From NCBI RefSeq assembly GCF_018986815.1, contig NZ_CP076706.1: 24,000 nucleotides of DNA; one strand, 5' to 3'. This DNA comes from Escherichia coli O170:H18. GTDB lineage: Bacteria > Pseudomonadota > Gammaproteobacteria > Enterobacterales > Enterobacteriaceae. Each line of letters opens with the position of its first letter. Positions within the stretch are counted from its first letter, which is position 1. The translations under genes were made by a program, and so were the position numbers. Below the pieces are notes generated by a model. It was not told where the DNA came from, did no database searches, and saw only the letters and a program-made list of their open reading frames with translations. This document shows, in pieces, positions 21,663 through 24,000 of this stretch.

Positions 21663-22683
21663 AGGCGCTACGCGTAATGCGATGGTGCGACCGCGTTTTG
21701 TCGCGCCATTGCCATAAGCGGAAAGACCACAGTAACGCCTGGTAACCCACCTTCACGCTGCGCACATTGGTAATCAGGCGCTTATACATACCGGAAGTAA
21801 ATATCTCGGCAATCATCCGTTGGCGGGTAAGAATATCCGGCTCTTTGCGCACCGCATGGCAAACACGCAATGCTTCGTAAGTTATTTGCTGATGAAATTC
21901 CGGATAAATCGTAATTTTGTCAGCATAATTTCGATTTAATTTCTCCAGCAGGCGGGTAATCTTAATATAGTGACGTTGATAATTAAGGTTTTTGTTCCCT
22001 TGTCTGTTCAACCGACTCACTGACGTATTATGCAGATAATATTTATATAATGATTGCTCGGTATATCGCGCACGCAGCGCGTTAAACATAAATTCTGTTG
22101 TCCAGACAATATCCTGATGATGTAATCCGGCAATAAATCTAATGTTATTTTTAACAATAACATCGCGGCGATAAACCCCCATCCAGACTACGTGTGTCCA
22201 ACGGCGGGAAGAAAGTCCCATCCGCAGCCAGTCCGGACCAGTTAATACACCGGTTGAGCGAAGGCGATCGGTAGGGATGGATTGCCAGGTTTCACCCGTT
22301 TCACGAAAACACCAATCAGCGTTGCACTGCGCCACGTCGAGGTCGTCCTCTAACGCCATGGTCATCAGCGTTTCGTACATGGTGGGATAGACCTCATCGT
22401 CAGCATCGACAAAAGCGACATATTTTCCCGTTGCCACTTCAATCCCACGATTACGCGCCACCGATGCGCCAGCATTCGCCTGATGCAACAAACGAACGTG
22501 CGGATAGTTTTCTGCGTAATGCTTTGCTATTTCAACAGAATTATCCGTTGAACCATCGTTAATAATAATGATTTCCAGAGCAGTCCATGTTTGCGTAATT
22601 AAAGATTCCATACAAGTGCGGAAATCATTGCCCGCATTATATAACGGAATAATAACACTAAGTTTATTGGTGCTGTTCATCAT
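21649..22683 (-). CDS. waaH: Glycosyltransferase family 2 protein WaaH/YibD, LPS core UDP-glucuronosyltransferase (344 aa)
   Basis: [49 protein letters not shown] has a GT-A/GT2 fold with a DADDE motif. Convergent with and overlapping the end of yibQ. Confidence 0.93.
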   Translation of the reverse strand: MMNSTNKLSVIIPLYNAGNDFRTCMESLITQTWTALEIIIINDGSTDNSVEIAKHYAENYPHVRLLHQANAGASVARNRGIEVATGKYVAFVDADDEVYPTMYETLMTMALEDDLDVAQCNADWCFRETGETWQSIPTDRLRSTGVLTGPDWLRMGLSSRRWTHVVWMGVYRRDVIVKNNIRFIAGLHHQDIVWTTEFMFNALRARYTEQSLYKYYLHNTSVSRLNRQGNKNLNYQRHYIKITRLLEKLNRNYADKITIYPEFHQQITYEALRVCHAVRKEPDILTRQRMIAEIFTSGMYKRLITNVRSVKVGYQALLWSFRLWQWRDKTRSHHRITRSAFNLR

Positions 22684-22890
22684 AAATTACCGACGACCTC
22701 TGAAGTTATCCTGACGTTTTACAGGCTTTGTATTAAGAAACTATTAAGCCTGTGAGATATTATTTTTACCGGTGAGAGAGTCACGTCAGGGTAGAGAGAT
22801 AATGAGAGCAGCTATATAAGAGATCAGCGCAATTACGATATCTTGATTACACTGACAGGATTTTACATATTTAACGGATTATCCTCAGGC

Positions 22891-22912
22891 AAAAGGGCTG
22901 GAATACCAGCCC
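22891..22912 (-). terminator. Rho-independent-like terminator of the kbl-tdh operon
   Basis: Minus strand GGGCTGG-TATT-CCAGCCC-TTTTGCC: perfect 7-bp GC-rich stem followed by a T-run, 9 nt past the tdh stop. Confidence 0.85.
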
Positions 22913-22921
22913 TTGTTCGTG

Positions 22922-23947
22922 TTAATCCCAGCTCAGAATAACTTTCCCGGACTGGCCCGAACGCATGGCATCAAAGCCCTTCTGGAAATCATCGATAGAG
23001 AAACGATGGGTAATGATCGGCGAGAGATCGAGGCCAGACTGAATCAGCGCCGCCATCTTGTACCAGGTTTCAAACATCTCACGACCGTAAATACCTTTAA
23101 TGAACAAGCCTTTAAAGATTACTTTGGTCCAGTCGATAGACATATCGGACGGTGGAATACCCAGCATCGCAATACGACCGCCGTGGTTCATGGTGTCGAG
23201 CATGGTACGAAACGCTGGCGGCGCACCGGACATTTCCAGACCGACATCAAAGCCTTCGGTCATGCCCAGTTCTGTCATCACATCATTAAGGTTTTCTTTA
23301 GCGACGTTAACCGCACGGGTGATACCCATTTTGCGTGCCAGCTCAAGGCGGTATTCGTTAACATCAGTGATCACCACATTGCGTGCACCAACGTGTTTCG
23401 CCACCGCCGCAGCCATAATACCTATCGGACCTGCACCAGAGACCAGCACATCCTCGCCAACCAGATCGAACGACAGCGCGGTATGCACAGCGTTACCGAA
23501 GGGATCAAAAATGGAAGCCAGGTCGTCGGAGATATTGTCCGGAATTTTGAAGGCGTTGAACGCCGGAATCACCAGATACTCGGCGAAGCAGCCCGGACGG
23601 TTAACACCGACGCCGATCGTGTTGCGGCACAGATGGGTACGACCGCCACGACAGTTGCGACAGTGACCGCAGGTGATATGGCCTTCGCCAGAAACGCGAT
23701 CGCCAATCTTGAAGCCTTTCACTTCCTGACCAATACCTACCACTTCACCGACATATTCATGGCCCACGACCATCGGCACCGGGATGGTTTTTTGCGACCA
23801 CTCATCCCAGTTATAGATGTGAACGTCAGTCCCGCAGATGGCTGTTTTACGGATTTTAATCAGCAGATCGTTATGCCCGAGTTCCGGTACAGGAACGTCG
23901 GTCATCCAGATGCCCTCTTCCGCTTTCAGTTTGGATAACGCTTTCAT
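22922..23947 (-). CDS. tdh: L-threonine 3-dehydrogenase (341 aa)
   Basis: [52 protein letters not shown], zinc MDR family ([12 protein letters not shown]). Confidence 0.97.
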   Translation of the reverse strand: MKALSKLKAEEGIWMTDVPVPELGHNDLLIKIRKTAICGTDVHIYNWDEWSQKTIPVPMVVGHEYVGEVVGIGQEVKGFKIGDRVSGEGHITCGHCRNCRGGRTHLCRNTIGVGVNRPGCFAEYLVIPAFNAFKIPDNISDDLASIFDPFGNAVHTALSFDLVGEDVLVSGAGPIGIMAAAVAKHVGARNVVITDVNEYRLELARKMGITRAVNVAKENLNDVMTELGMTEGFDVGLEMSGAPPAFRTMLDTMNHGGRIAMLGIPPSDMSIDWTKVIFKGLFIKGIYGREMFETWYKMAALIQSGLDLSPIITHRFSIDDFQKGFDAMRSGQSGKVILSWD

Positions 23948-23956
23948 CTCACACCC

Positions 23957-24000
23957 TCAGGCGATAACGCCCAGTTGTTTACCAATACGCGTGAATGCTT
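23957..24000 (-). CDS. kbl: 3' end of glycine C-acetyltransferase (2-amino-3-ketobutyrate CoA ligase), truncated at the window edge
   Basis: Reverse strand reads ...AFTRIGKQLGVIA* with the stop at 23957-23959. It is immediately upstream of tdh, as in the kbl-tdh operon. Confidence 0.9.
   Translation of the reverse strand, partial: AFTRIGKQLGVIA

Noticed and set aside
22913-23938. 341-aa plus-strand ORF ([30 protein letters not shown]...)
   Set aside because: It is the antisense shadow of tdh over its full length. The composition is unusual and rich in His, Arg and Thr, there is no recognisable fold, and tdh is clearly the real gene.

Overview
This 24 kb window is Escherichia coli-type chromosome and covers the mtl - lld - cysE/gpsA/secB - gpmI/envC - waaH - tdh/kbl neighbourhood. 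Gene order is: mtlA (3' end), mtlD, mtlR, yibT(-), yibL, a sadB-like lipoprotein gene, a large trimeric autotransporter adhesin of the UpaG/EhaG/SadA family, lldP, lldR, lldD, trmL, cysE(-), gpsA(-), secB(-), grxC(-), yibN(-), gpmI, envC, yibQ, waaH/yibD(-), tdh(-) and kbl(-, 3' end). Nearly everything is conserved core genome. The one accessory segment lies between yibL and lldP (about 3.6-9.75 kb). It carries a coiled-coil lipoprotein gene followed 43 bp later by a 1633-aa adhesin. The adhesin has an extended signal peptide, several YadA-like head blocks, two size classes of in-frame stalk repeats and a C-terminal YadA anchor. This matches the known SadB-SadA type arrangement, so it is interesting but not a new kind of system. 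I found no CRISPR array, tRNA, rRNA, prophage, toxin-antitoxin pair or transposase. Smaller items worth noting are BIME/REP clusters, a long hairpin directly upstream of mtlD, an 8-5-8 palindrome upstream of lldPRD, and terminator-like hairpins. Family and gene names come from recognition of the protein sequences and gene order; no database search was run.
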